Under the pieces are notes generated by a model. The model searched no databases and was not told the DNA's origin. It saw nothing but the letters and a program-made list of their open reading frames with translations. A program made the translations under genes and the position numbers. From the NCBI RefSeq assembly GCF_006345805.1, contig NC_043007.1, positions 13,454,001-13,518,000 of the forward strand: a stretch of DNA of 64,000 bases. Reading direction: 5' to 3'. Source of the stretch: Octopus sinensis. Lineage: Eukaryota. Shown one piece after another: positions 11,400 to 23,199 of the stretch (positions are counted from its first letter, which is position 1; the number at the start of each line of letters is the position of its first letter).

Positions 11400-11404
<5 letters not shown>

Positions 11405-11900
11405 CGATAGGCTTCTTTCAGTTTCCGTCAACCAAATCCACTCACAAAGTGCAACGCAGTGGGACTGAACCCGGAATTATGTGTTTGGGAGACAAGTTCC
11501 GTACCACACAGCCACGTCTATATATATATTCTTTTACTTGTTTCAGTCATTTGACAGCGGCCATGCTGGAGCACCAACTTTGGTCGAGCAAGTCGACTCC
11601 AGGAACATATTCTTTGTAAGCCTAGTACTTATTCTATCAGTTCTTTTGCCGAACGGCTAAGTTACGGGGACGTAAACACACCAGTATCGGTTGGCAAGCG
11701 ATACCGTGGGGTGTGGCGGACAAGCGCGCGCTCACACACACACACGCACGCACACACACACACATATATATATATACGACGGGCTTCTTTTAGTTTCCGT
11801 CTACCAAATCCAGTCACAAATCTTTGGTCGGCCCGAGGCTATAGTAGAAGACATTTGCCCAAGGTGCCACGCAGTAGGACTGAAGACGGAACCATGCGCC
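11400..11900 (-). mobile_element. Two partial SINE-B copies
   Basis: Family B motifs in reverse orientation, with internal deletions. Confidence 0.8.
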
Positions 11901-11914
11901 TATATACATATATA

Positions 11915-11950
<36 letters not shown>

Positions 11951-12109
11951 TGTATGTATGTATGTATGTATGTATGTATATGTATATATAATAAATTCTA
12001 GTATATTCCATCTTCCGCCAGTCATTTGCCATACACACACACAAACCCGTATACTTCCAGCAGAGACTGGATCACGTGGAATGCTTAAATTCTAGGATCA
12101 CCACATACC

Positions 12110-12494
12110 AACACTACTCCGCCCAGATATGGTGATCTCAAATTCCACCAAATATGTGACCATGTTGGAGCTGACTGCTTTCTGAGAAGAACACAAGAAG
12201 TGGCCTCATGAGAGGAAGCTAGCCAAATAGAAGAAATAGTGCAGAAATCTGGGCTGCCAGAAGTGGGCTATCGAGCTTTTAAGGGGCTTCCATTTGGCGC
12301 AGCAAAGTGGAGGGCTACAAATTTCATCACCGAAGCTGCAGAGAAGGGGACCAGAAGGCATTGGATGAAGAAGGAAAATCTGTGGTTGACTGCTATTGAG
12401 ATGCAAGCAACGGCTTGAGCAACTCCGATTGGATCAACAGAGTGTGTGGGGTCTAACATTGATAGACTAGAAACCTCCATGAGAACCCAGAGAC

Positions 12495-12500
<6 letters not shown>
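12110..12500 (+). pseudogene. 3' end of an RLE-type LINE, HERO-like
   Basis: RPDMVI..STKYVTMLELT..HERKLAK..EVGYRAF..EAAEKGTRRHWMKK resembles the RPDxV..LELTVPWEE..ERKxAKY..EVGxRGF..EAAExAxRWLW endonuclease region. Confidence 0.65.
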
Positions 12501-12540
<40 letters not shown>

Positions 12541-12653
12541 TCACGTAGAGACTAGGATATGCACATAAACGTGAAACAAGGTGGAAAAAATTGTACTCGA
12601 ATACAGGAAGTAGAGTAAGATACTTTATTAAAGCTGCAAAACATCACAAAAAT

Positions 12654-12691
12654 CTGTTACTCAGAGTTTCACATTCCCGTTCACCGGACAG
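12654..12691 (-). ncRNA. Degenerate minimal type I hammerhead (same family as 22170)
   Basis: Minus strand CTGT - CCGGTGA - ACG GGAA TGT - GAAA - CTCTGAG - TA - ACAG. Two core substitutions. Enclosed by a perfect 16 bp inverted repeat (12626-12641 and 12704-12719). Confidence 0.55.
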
Positions 12692-12771
12692 TTTAAGTGA
12701 TCTTTTTGCAGCTTTAATACATACATACATACATACATACACACGCACACACACATATATAAATGTATGTT

Positions 12772-12828
<57 letters not shown>

Positions 12829-12834
<6 letters not shown>

Positions 12835-13303
12835 GTTATCGCCATACTAATATGGCATTCTTATAAAAATAAGAATAAAGCTGTCCGCTTATTAGCTCCA
12901 TGAGGCCATCGCCTTAAGTTAGCTATTTGATACACAAACTGTATCCATATAACCTTCGAACAAGGGAGGTCAGTCGCTCCACACTACTTGACCGACAGCT
13001 ATTATTGAAAACAAGTGGATGTATTCCACTGAAACTAGGTAAATAGAACCTTCGAACAGAGATTGTCAGAAGCGACACCTACTGGTCTGACTACGCTACA
13101 TTGAAAAGGGGCAATACCCCGAAACGCGTCTGTAGCTGTCGGTCAGTAGTGTGGAGCGACTGACCTCCCTTGTTCGAAGTTATATGGATACAGTTTGTGT
13201 ATCAAATAGCTAACTTAAGGCGATGGCCTCATGGAGCTAATAAGCGGACAGCTTTATTCTTATTTTTATAAGAATGCCATATTAGTATGGCGATAACTAT
13301 TAT
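12829..13303. repeat. Near-perfect fold-back element, arms 12829-13001 and 13133-13303
   Basis: About 172 bp arms differing by two 1 bp indels, 131 bp unique spacer, (TA)n tracts on both sides. Confidence 0.92.
13095..13136 (+). ncRNA. Minimal type I hammerhead ribozyme with U3-A8 core variant
   Basis: GCTACA - TTGAAAA - GGGG CAATA CCCC - GAAA - CGCG - TC - TGTAGC. Perfect 6 bp stem I, 4 bp stem II, palindromic ACGCGT stem III, GUC site ending at 13130. Confidence 0.78.
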
Positions 13304-13359
13304 TTTCCAGGAACGCTGCCGTGATCTCTTTTAGAGAGACTTAGTAATTTTAATATTTC

Positions 13360-13414
<55 letters not shown>

Positions 13415-13477
13415 TATTAAAAGCCAAAATGAATTTCTGTGTGTCAGTGTATCACACTTTGGTCCCCTCTCTCACTC

Positions 13478-14016
13478 GTCGAGTTCCAGATTATATTTGT
13501 AATTTCGGCTGGTTGTACTAGAGATTACTCCAATCTGGCCATCCCCAAGGAAAAACTAAGTTATGAGCACGAGATTCCTTGGAAGAAGCAGCGAATGTAT
13601 ACGAAAATACGGACGGAAATAAACAGAGAAATGGTACACAAATACAAATGCAAATAGCAGGATATAACAACAGGTGTCGTTTGGCTAAGGACGAATTAAA
13701 TTAAGCTGGCGTGTGTGGAAGTGAAGCCTTACAGCAGGAACATAAGAGATGACAGATATAGGGAGGAATATAGATGTTGCACGGATGGTAGTCGAACCAA
13801 GAAAGAAAGGTCAGACATGGCCGAACACCGGTCACGAGGGGAGGGAGGTAGAGGCAGAGGATTACCATTTCTCCGTTTCATTTCCGTCCTTGTTTTCGTA
13901 ATATATTCGCTGCTTTCTTCCAGGGAATCTAGTGCTCTTAGCTAATTTTTTTCCTTGGGGCTGGCCAGATTGGAGCAATCTCGAGTATAACCAGCCGAAA
14001 TTGCAAAGAACTCGAC
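13478..14016. repeat. Fold-back element, about 155 bp arms (13478-13636 and 13863-14016), 226 bp spacer
   Basis: GTCGAGTTC..TTTGTAATTTCGGCTGG..GAGAAATGGTA versus TACCATTTCTC..CCAGCCGAAATTGCAAAGAACTCGAC. Roughly 80-85% identity by eye. Confidence 0.82.
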
Positions 14017-14147
14017 TGATGAAAGAAAACTCTGAATGACCCGCCCTTTATTTTTCTTGTCCCTTTTTTGTATCATCTGTCTGGATATTTTGCGTTGTTG
14101 TCTCATTTTTTGTATTCCTTTATATACATACATTCATACATACATAC

Positions 14148-14248
<101 letters not shown>

Positions 14249-14249
14249 G

Positions 14250-14282
<33 letters not shown>

Positions 14283-14531
14283 CATACATATATTTACATA
14301 TATAAACATACAATAGTCATGGAATAGAGTAGGTAAAAAAGAGACGCCAAATACGTTCAACTCCTATAAGTTTCACTTCAATACACACGGACCGAAAGAA
14401 GGAAAAGTGGACCGACCATAAATTCATAAAATAATTCATATAGTTCTAGATTGATCAATTTCTGGATTAGTTTAATAACTCTTCCTTTTTCAGTAGAACA
14501 TACTGGGCGAAATAAATGAAAATATTTATAC

Positions 14532-14885
14532 ATAGGCGCAGGAGTGGCATCTTGGGCAAGTGTCTTCTGCTATAGCCCCGGGCCGACCAATGCCTTGTGA
14601 ATGGATTTGGTAGACGGAAACTGAAAGACGCCTGTCGTATATATGTATATATATATGTGTGTGTGTGTGTGTGTTTGTGTGTCTGTATTTGTCCCCCTAG
14701 CATTGCTTGACAACCGATGCTGGTGTGTTTACGTCCCCGTCACTTAGCGGTTCGGCAAAAGAGACCGATAGAATAAGTACTGGGCTTACAAAGAATAAGT
14801 CCCGGGGTCGATTTGATCGACTAAAGGCGGTGCTCCAGCATGGCCGCAGTCAAATGACTGAAACAAGTAAAAGAGTAAAAGAGAG
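14532..14885 (+). mobile_element. SINE family B with internal deletion removing the B-box
   Basis: GGAGTGGC is joined directly to ATCTTGGGCAAG, a deletion between two GTGGC microhomologies. Confidence 0.85.
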
Positions 14886-15182
14886 TAAATACTCACAGAA
14901 AGGCACACGCAAAAAAAAAAAAAAATGAGTAGTACAAATATATACGCATAGAATTTCGTAGTACACCATAACACGTGTGTATTTGGCCAGAATAGTACAG
15001 AAATAAATAAACTGTCCCGAAGTGAATGAAATACAGCTGAAGATAGTTAAAAGATAAAATCCTTAAAACTAGTGAATTTTATCAGTGGCCAGCATATAAA
15101 AATTAACCACTTAGATAAAATTCACATATAGAGATATATAATTATATAGAATGCAATTATAATTAAGGGCAAATATAATTAA

Positions 15183-15407
15183 CCCTTTCGTCACCGTATT
15201 TATTTTGAGATGATCTGTGTTTATTTTTCCATTAAATTTAAATATAACAAAAGAATTTTGCAAAATAACTTAATTACCATTAAGCTAGTGTTAGCAATAT
15301 AAATTGTGACTAAGGTTTGGTGGAATATTTTAATTCAACACTAAAGAAAACAAGGCATTTGTACTACAGAGCCAGGGGCGGTTTCGGCCAGGCTGGTAAC
15401 GAAAGGG
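15183..15407. mobile_element. piggyBac-type MITE, 225 bp
   Basis: TTAA|CCCTTTCGTCACC ... GGTAACGAAAGGG|TTAA. 13 bp TIR with one mismatch and a TTAA duplication. Confidence 0.85.
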
Positions 15408-15558
15408 TTAAAGTACATATGTATCTGTCTGTCTGTGTGTCTGTGTGTGTGTCTGTCTGTGTGTCTGTCTGTGTGTCTGTGTGTCTGTGTGTCTGTCTGT
15501 CTGTCTGTCTGTCTGTATGTATGTATATATGTATGTATGTCTATCCATCTATCTATCC

Positions 15559-15664
<106 letters not shown>

Positions 15665-15714
15665 GTGTATGTGTGTGTGTAAAGTTATGTAATCGTAACA
15701 TCCAAGGATCTACG

Positions 15715-16289
15715 TGTTGGAATTTAGTAAGCTTCGAGCAGTTCGTGGTAGGTATAGAAAGCAACTTTCAGAAACAATAATAGTTTATTGGTGTAGAATG
15801 TTGTAGGCTTTTCCTATATCGAAGTTCGATAAGCTGAAAAACGTTTTCCTATTTTATTTTTATCTTTCACGGTTAGTGACTACGTTTGCCGTGAATGCGA
15901 AATATAAATCGAAATTGAGGGAATAGAGCAGGTAAGATCCAGACTACATATGCGTCCTGGTTTAGAGATCCTCGGAAATAGTAATTACGCAATGAAGGGT
16001 ATTCCACTAAGTACTTATAAGGCCGAAGATACCTTAGTTAAAAGAAGGTTACATTGTCTCTATATATACTCATATATATTCTCGTTTGTATGGTTGTGTA
16101 TAGATGTAATCCCAAGTCGGACTGTTATAACGTCCACTCTGGTATAGCAGTATAGTTAGTTAGACACTATTATCTATGACCGACTACCCCGACTGCTCAA
16201 CGTCATAGTATTTGTAACGACGTTACATACCATTCGTCACGTGGGAGGGGTGTTCCATTATTATCATTATTATTATTATCCACATAACA
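15715..16289 (-). mobile_element. Probable 3' LTR of the Gypsy element
   Basis: On the minus strand a polypurine tract AAAAAAAATAAAAGGGGAGA (16290-16309) is followed by TGTTATG. A candidate end ...TCCAACA lies at 15715 with AATAAA about 70 bp before it. The distal boundary is tentative. Confidence 0.6.
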
Positions 16290-16310
16290 TCTCCCCTTTT
16301 ATTTTTTTTC

Positions 16311-17530
16311 TTACAAAGGGAGTGTAATTTTATTTCTTTTAACAATAATTTTTGCATCACTCCACTTCCATTTGAATTTTTTTAATACAGTTACAAATTT
16401 GATATTTTCTCGTTTGGCATCCCCTTCTAGCATCACCGTACATTTTATTTTCCTAACGCTTGTGCGTCTGGGTTCAATTATTTGTAGAGGCATTGGTACT
16501 TGAAAAGTATCATAGAACCATTCCATTGATTCTTCCAGTCTCTTGGATTTGGTCTCAATGAATATTTGTTTAGTTGATTTATGCGTCTCTTGTATAGCCC
16601 TTTTCTTCTTTTACCACGTATAGCATTTTTTCCATGTATTTGGTAATCACGCCACCTTCCCAACTTTGCTTTCAGTTCTTATTTCTCAAAGCAAATACAT
16701 TTTCACCAATTTTGAAATATCTTGTTGTATCAGTCATTGTAACTTTTCTTTTCTTGCTAGGTAGCAATTTGTTGCTGGTTACATAATTTCTGGTGTGCTT
16801 GAGTTTGGTGTCACACGCTATATTCTTAAGAATTGTTGTAGAGCTAGCTCATCCGCGACTTCCTTACTCGACTTTCTTAGGGCTCACTTGAACGTATTGA
16901 CAAAGCGTTTTGCCTGTCCGTTAGATCTGGAATGGCATGGCGCCGTAGTTATATGTTCCACAGCGAACGTTTTACAAAGCTTTCTAATTTCAAAAGATAC
17001 AAATTGCGTTGCATTGTCAGTCACTATCGTGTATGGGACGCCAAATCTCGCAAACAGCACATGTAGAAAATTTATCGTAATTGAGGAGGTTGACTTTTTA
17101 CACTTACAAGTTTCTGGCCATTAAGAGAAACTATCTACTACCACTAAGCAATATGAACCGTTTAAGGGACAGCGAAATCAATGTGTAATGTCGACAAGGG
17201 AACATCTACGTTTGACCAAAGTTCACTTCTTATCGTCGGTAATTTGGCTGCTAGGGAATATCCTCTAAAAGTTTTCAATAAATCTTCGAATTCTCAATGC
17301 ATTTTTGGCCAGTAAACGTAGCTACGCATTAAAGCTTTCATCCTCGAAATACCAGGATGTCCAAAATGGAATTCCCTCAACATTTTCTTTTGCAGTGTTT
17401 CAGGTATTACTACTCTCTTTGCATACATCAATACGCCATCACAAATTGTGTATAGGTTCACATCTTGGTTTTGTTTTGCATCAATCCTGTTCCTGTTTAT
17501 TTTTCGTCTCCACAATCTTCATTTTTTTTA
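16311..17530 (-). pseudogene. Ty3/Gypsy pol fragment (integrase), decayed
   Basis: RVVIPETLQKKMLREFHFGHPGISRMKALMRSYVYWP, LHIDFA, VVVDSFS*WPE, LFARFGVPYTIVTDNATQF, TTAPCHSRSNGQAKRFV. Multiple stops and frameshifts. Confidence 0.9.
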
Positions 17531-17538
17531 TTTCTGTT

Positions 17539-19191
17539 ATAGAAATATCACTTTTTATTTCGCTCTTTTCTTCTGTTGGTAATATCACAAATTCAAAACT
17601 GCTTCGGTTTTTATATATTTATAATCACATGCGTTATGTTTGCCTTGTAATTCATGATATCGCTGTGTGTTTCTCCTTTTTTTCGTTCTTTTGTAGATTT
17701 TATATTTAGATAAGTTAAAATGCATGACCTGTCTGATATCTTAAAAAGTTACTTTACTGGAATGTGGCCGAAGATTCGGTTACTAAAACCGCTGAATTGT
17801 TTAATGATGCGAGAGGCCGGGTCTCTAGAATCATATTGGTTTTGAAATCAAGGTGAGACCATTTCTAGCAAGCATAATGAATTAGTCCTTTTCTGCATTT
17901 CGATTTATGTCTTCTAGGGCCACCGGTTATTAGAGAACCACATTCCACATTACATTTTTTAAATATCTTCGAATGACTCGCAGTGTTTTGGTATGAGTTT
18001 ATTTTGTAATCGTAATTCAATAATGTAGTACCCTATCGCTGTAGTCTATTCGCTGTGTGGGTTGGTATTCTTTTTTTTTATAACCTTGTAGTTACAGTAG
18101 TGAGCGATGATCCAATCGAACCTACTTTAGCTCATACAGCGACGATGGCAGCTGGAAGCAGCTCCTCACTTGCCGCTCCAAGATGCACAAGAAATGTTCA
18201 ATTATATCGAGATCCGGTTAATGCGGGAGCCAAACCCATCAGTCTACTTCATTCCGACTCTTTGTAGACATTTTGAATAACCTTCACTGTGTGATTCAGC
18301 GCATTATTGTCCAATGAACAATTTATGTAAAGTAGGATGGGCATGATCAGCAGAAATACGCAGATCATCCTTGGTATTAATTCTGCCATGTTGAGCAAAT
18401 CAAGGACCAATTCTGTGGCTGCCTAAATCACCACAAAGCCACCCCTACGCTTCATGGTAGGGAACAAAAAGCTAGGACTATAAGTTTCAGGCTGTCTCGA
18501 GATATGAATTTACCTTGAAGAAGGAAGAGTGGGTGAATAACAATTTAACGCTGATGACACTGTTTCATTGAGCCACTGACCGCTTCTGATAGTCTAGACG
18601 CCATTTTCCTGCTTATCAATGGTGTTGGCGGACAGGAGACGTTTAGCAACTTCAGCCCTCCCATGGAATCCAGCTTTATGAAGCTTACGATGAACAGCTT
18701 TTGTTGACACAGGATTGGTAAGGAGCTGATTCAGCTCTAGCGTCACATCTGCTACCGTTACTTTTGCTTCCATGGTGTGTCGACACAAGAAGGCATTTCG
18801 CTGTTTTCCAGCCCTTTTCCCTAAAATCTGCCTTCCGTCAAGAATTATGCTTGCTAGAAATGGTCTCACCTCGATTTCAAAGCCAATATGATTCTAGAGA
18901 CCCGGCCTCTCGCATCATTAAACAATTCAGCGGTTTTAGAGACCGAGTCTTCGGCCACACTCCAGTAAAGTAACTTTTTAAGATATCAGACAGGCCATGC
19001 ATTTTAACTTATCTAAATATAAAATCTACAAAAGAACGAAAAAAAGGAGAAACACACAGCGATATCATGAAATCATGAATTACAAGGCATACATAACGCA
19101 TGTGATTATAAATATATAAAAACCGAAGCAGTTTTGAATTTGTGATATTGCCAACAGAAGAAAAGAGCGAAATAAAAAGTTATATTTCTAT
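17539..19191. repeat. Long inverted duplication, arms 17539-17878 and 18844-19191
   Basis: 340 bp and 348 bp arms, well above 90% identical by eye. The 8 bp difference is a tandem AATCATGA duplication in the right arm. Confidence 0.9.
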
Positions 19192-19211
19192 TATTTTCAC
19201 CAACCCCTGTA
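17879..19211 (-). mobile_element. Tc1-like (DD34E) DNA transposon remnant
   Basis: Minus strand begins TACAGGGGTTGGTGAAAATAATAGAAA (Tc1-like TIR). Translations: SVSKTAELFNDARGRVS, VTLELNQLLTNPVSTKAVHRKLHKAGFHGRA, DNNALNHTVKV, PDLDIIEHFLCILERQVR. Confidence 0.82.
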
Positions 19212-19218
19212 AATACAC

Positions 19219-19314
<96 letters not shown>

Positions 19315-19377
19315 TAGTCTGTCTGTCTGCCTGTCTATCTATCTATCTATCATCTATCTATCTATCTATCTATATAT

Positions 19378-19408
<31 letters not shown>

Positions 19409-19933
19409 CTATATATATATATATACATACATACATACACACATACATACGTATACACACACATATATATACACACATATAATATATATATATATATATG
19501 TCTGTCTGTCTATGTATGTATGAATATATGTATTTATATCTTTGTCTCTCTATTTCACTTTGTCAACAGTTCCTTGTGACACACGGTTACAACCACACAC
19601 GCGCACACACACACTTGTATACGCACACATCTAAACACAAACAAACACACACACTGAAGCACACACACACACACGTACACCCAGACTTACACACGCACCC
19701 AAACACCCCCCCACACATATTCTCTCTCTGTTTCTTTCTCTCTGTCTATCTAATGGACTATCTGTACAACTGACTGTTTACTTACTTGCACGAAGAAAAA
19801 AAAAGGAAAGAGAAAAATGAAAAAGTTACACAGACACGGCTACCTTTAATAGAAAAATACACCTTTATGTACATAGACTATATATATATATGTGTGTGTG
19901 TGTGTATGTGTGTGTAGGTACACATATATGTAT

Positions 19934-19988
<55 letters not shown>

Positions 19989-20447
19989 AATATATATGTA
20001 TACGCACGCACATATATGTATGTACACACACATAGACATATACATATATATACATATACATACATATGAGTGAGTGTTTGTGTGTGTATCTATACATATA
20101 TGTATATATATATGTATATATAAATGCGTATATATAAACATATGGCTACATAAGTACATATACATATGCTTTTTTTATGTATATATGCATATCTATCTAT
20201 ATATATACACACACCTACCTACCTACACACACACACACATATATATATATATACATGCATATATACTTATATATGCGTATATGTTACACATACATACACG
20301 CGTATATGATTTTGTGTGTAAGTGTCTCTCTATTCTTACGTTTTTTTTTTCTACACTTGATACAACCGCGGAGTAGGACTGAGATCAGCTTCCTGTTGGT
20401 AAAAACTGGCTTCTCTATTGATCATTAGGTTAGGAAACTAATATAAC

Positions 20448-20497
<50 letters not shown>

Positions 20498-20785
20498 GTC
20501 TCTCTTTTTAATACACGCTCCATCATACAGAGACACACACTCGAAATAAAATGTTAAATTAAAACCAAGCAAGAGTAATGAAAAAAAAAAAAAATGCAAC
20601 ACAGTGAAAAGTAAATTTTATAAAAACACTCAAATAATAATAATTGTAATGAGAGAAAGTCACCACGCAAACTATAGTAAATAACGATAAAATAAAGCAA
20701 ACAAACAAACAAAACAAAACAAAGAAAATAACATCTGCATCATTATCAACAACAACAACTACAACAATAACAACAACAGCGGCAG

Positions 20786-20789
<4 letters not shown>

Positions 20790-20816
<27 letters not shown>

Positions 20817-21125
20817 AACAACAATAGCGGCAGCAGCAGCAACAACAACAACAACACCAATAACAACAATAGCGGCAGCAGCAGCAGCAACAACAACAAC
20901 ACCAATAACAACAATAGCGGCAGCAGCAGCAGCAACAAGAAAAACAACAATAACAACAATAGCGGCAGCAGCAGCAACAACAACAACAACACCAATAACA
21001 ACAATAGCGGCAGCAGCAGCAGCAACAACAACAACACCAATAACAACAATAGCGGCAGCAGCAGCAGCAACAAGAACAACAACAATAACAACAATAGCGG
21101 AAGCAACACCAACAACAACCACAAC
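20790..21125. repeat. 45 bp minisatellite built from (CAA)/(CAG) triplets, at least 7 units
   Basis: ATAGCGG recurs at 20824, 20869, 20914, 20959, 21004, 21049 and 21094. Confidence 0.9.
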
Positions 21126-21539
21126 AACAATAACAATAACAGCGGCAGCAACAACAACAGCAGCAGCAAGTGTATGATGATTACCATTGGAAATTTCAAG
21201 GGAATAACATTAATAAACAATCAGAAAAAGAAAGAAGTTTTTATTGAAAAAAATGTAGCAAGAACATGAACGACAACTTCTACGATGACAACGAAAACAC
21301 CGACCGACGACGACAACGATTGAGAGAATAAGAGCGACGAGTGATGAGATAATAATAATGGTGGCAACGACAGCAAAGACGAAGACAAGAAAAAGCAGAA
21401 AAAAAAAAATAGCCCTGAAAACTGCAACAACGACGAAAAGGATAAAAATGGCGACGATAAAGACAAATACAATTACGACAACGGAAATGACGTCAGCAAA
21501 CAAGAAAGAACAACAAGGAAATAATTTTGATACTCTTTT

Positions 21540-22442
21540 TTTACTCTTTTATTTGTTTCAGTCATATGACTGGGGAGGCCATGCTGGAGCACCGCCTTTA
21601 GTCGAGCGAATCGACCCCGGGACTTATTCTTTTGTAAGCCCAGTACTTATTCTTTCGGTCTCTTTTGCCGAACTGCTAAGTGACGGGGACGTAAACACAA
21701 ACAGCATCGGTTGTCAAGCAATGCTAGGGGGACAAACACAGACACACAAACATATACGCACACATACATATATATATATATATAGATTTATATTTATACG
21801 TCTGTATATGTATGGCGTTTGCACGCATCCTTCTGTGTATATTGATATATATATGTACACTTTAATATGAATATGTATTGCAGTGTAATATTTATAATAA
21901 GTTTTAATTTCTATGCATTAATTATATTTTCTTCATTAACGTCAATATGTATTTTATTCAATGTAAGGTTTTTTCCTCGAATTTTATAATTTTTATAATT
22001 TTTATAATTTTTTATATATATATACATATATTTTTGAGCTTTTTTTGTTTATCGCTCGAAGATTGACCGTTATTTCTAAAGGGCCAATCAAACAAGTCCA
22101 TTTTTTTAAAGGTGTAGCGTTTGTAAGAGTCTAGATTGAATTGATATATCGGTTCCATTCTAGCAAAAACTGTCTGATGAACGGCAACGAGAAACTCAGA
22201 GTAACAGATTTTGTTGAATTTTCTGCTGCTTTAAATAAAGTATATATATATATATATATATATGTATACATATATACGACAGGCTTCTTTCACTTTCCGT
22301 CTACCAAATCCACTCACAAGGCTTTGGTCGGCCCGAGGCTATCGTAGAAGACACTTGCCCAAGGTGCCACGTAGTGGGACTGAACCCGGAACCATGTGGT
22401 TCGTAAGCAAGCTACTTACCACACAGCCACTCCTACGCCTAT
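21540..22442 (-). mobile_element. SINE-B split at its internal microsatellite by a 450 bp insert
   Basis: 3' half at 21540-21780, 5' half at 22275-22442. The intervening sequence carries the hammerhead at 22170. Confidence 0.75.
22170..22207 (+). ncRNA. Minimal type I hammerhead ribozyme motif
   Basis: CTGT - CTGATGA - ACG GCAA CGA - GAAA - CTCAGAG - TA - ACAG. Canonical core, GNRA loop, near-palindromic ACTCAGAGT stem III, one mismatch at the base of stem II. Confidence 0.7.
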
Positions 22443-22554
22443 GATGATAATAACGATTTTAAATTTCGGCACAAGGCTTGAAATTTTGCGGGAAGAGGAC
22501 TAGTCGATTATATCGACCTTGGAAATGCTGCAGTTGATATTGATATTTTTGGGG

Positions 22555-22815
22555 TCAGTACTCCATTATAGTTGCCCACCCCTGTTCAAAAGGTCCCTGA
22601 ATAAAGGTTGTTTAGGAATGATGAACGAAACACCAGTTTCCAAAGGTAAATTATTCAAACCCTAAAGAAAAAGAATCCCTCTCAACACAAGGCTATGATG
22701 CTCCCCGACACCACTTCTGCTTGTGAGTGATCAGAGATGCACGTATCGTCACCCATTAAGGGACATGCTCAACTGGGTAAGGCCAAACAACTGATAAGAA
22801 AATCTGTGGTACTTA
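22555..22815. mobile_element. Partial copy of the non-coding element at 35636-36192
   Basis: Shares CAAAAGGTCCCTGAATAA, GGCTATGATGCTCCCC, GATCAGAGATGCAC and AAGGGACATGCTCAACTGG. Confidence 0.8.
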
Positions 22816-22967
22816 ATTTATCCACCCCGAAATGACAAGAGGCAAAATGGAACGTAAAGAAGGACGAAATACCACTTAGCGTTTTTCTCAGTGTGCTAAC
22901 GAATCGGTCAGTTAAGCCGCCTTTGGTATAAAGCCCAGTTTAGTATATCTCCAGAAAAATATGTTAT

Positions 22968-23060
22968 TAGGGACAGCTAGGATATCTAGAAGGGTTCTTC
23001 GCATCTAAGGTTATCTGTTGCAGCCCGATGTTAGGAATTTTCCTTTTCCGAGAAGCTAAT
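22968..23060 (-). pseudogene. Extreme 3' end of an R4/Dong-like LINE
   Basis: Minus translation KIPNIGLQQITL resembles the LQKxxLLGTAxILRxVL terminus. Followed by TAATAAC. Confidence 0.45.
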
Positions 23061-23070
23061 CTGTTGTGTG

Positions 23071-23171
<101 letters not shown>

Positions 23172-23199
23172 TGATGATGATGATAATGATGATGATGAT

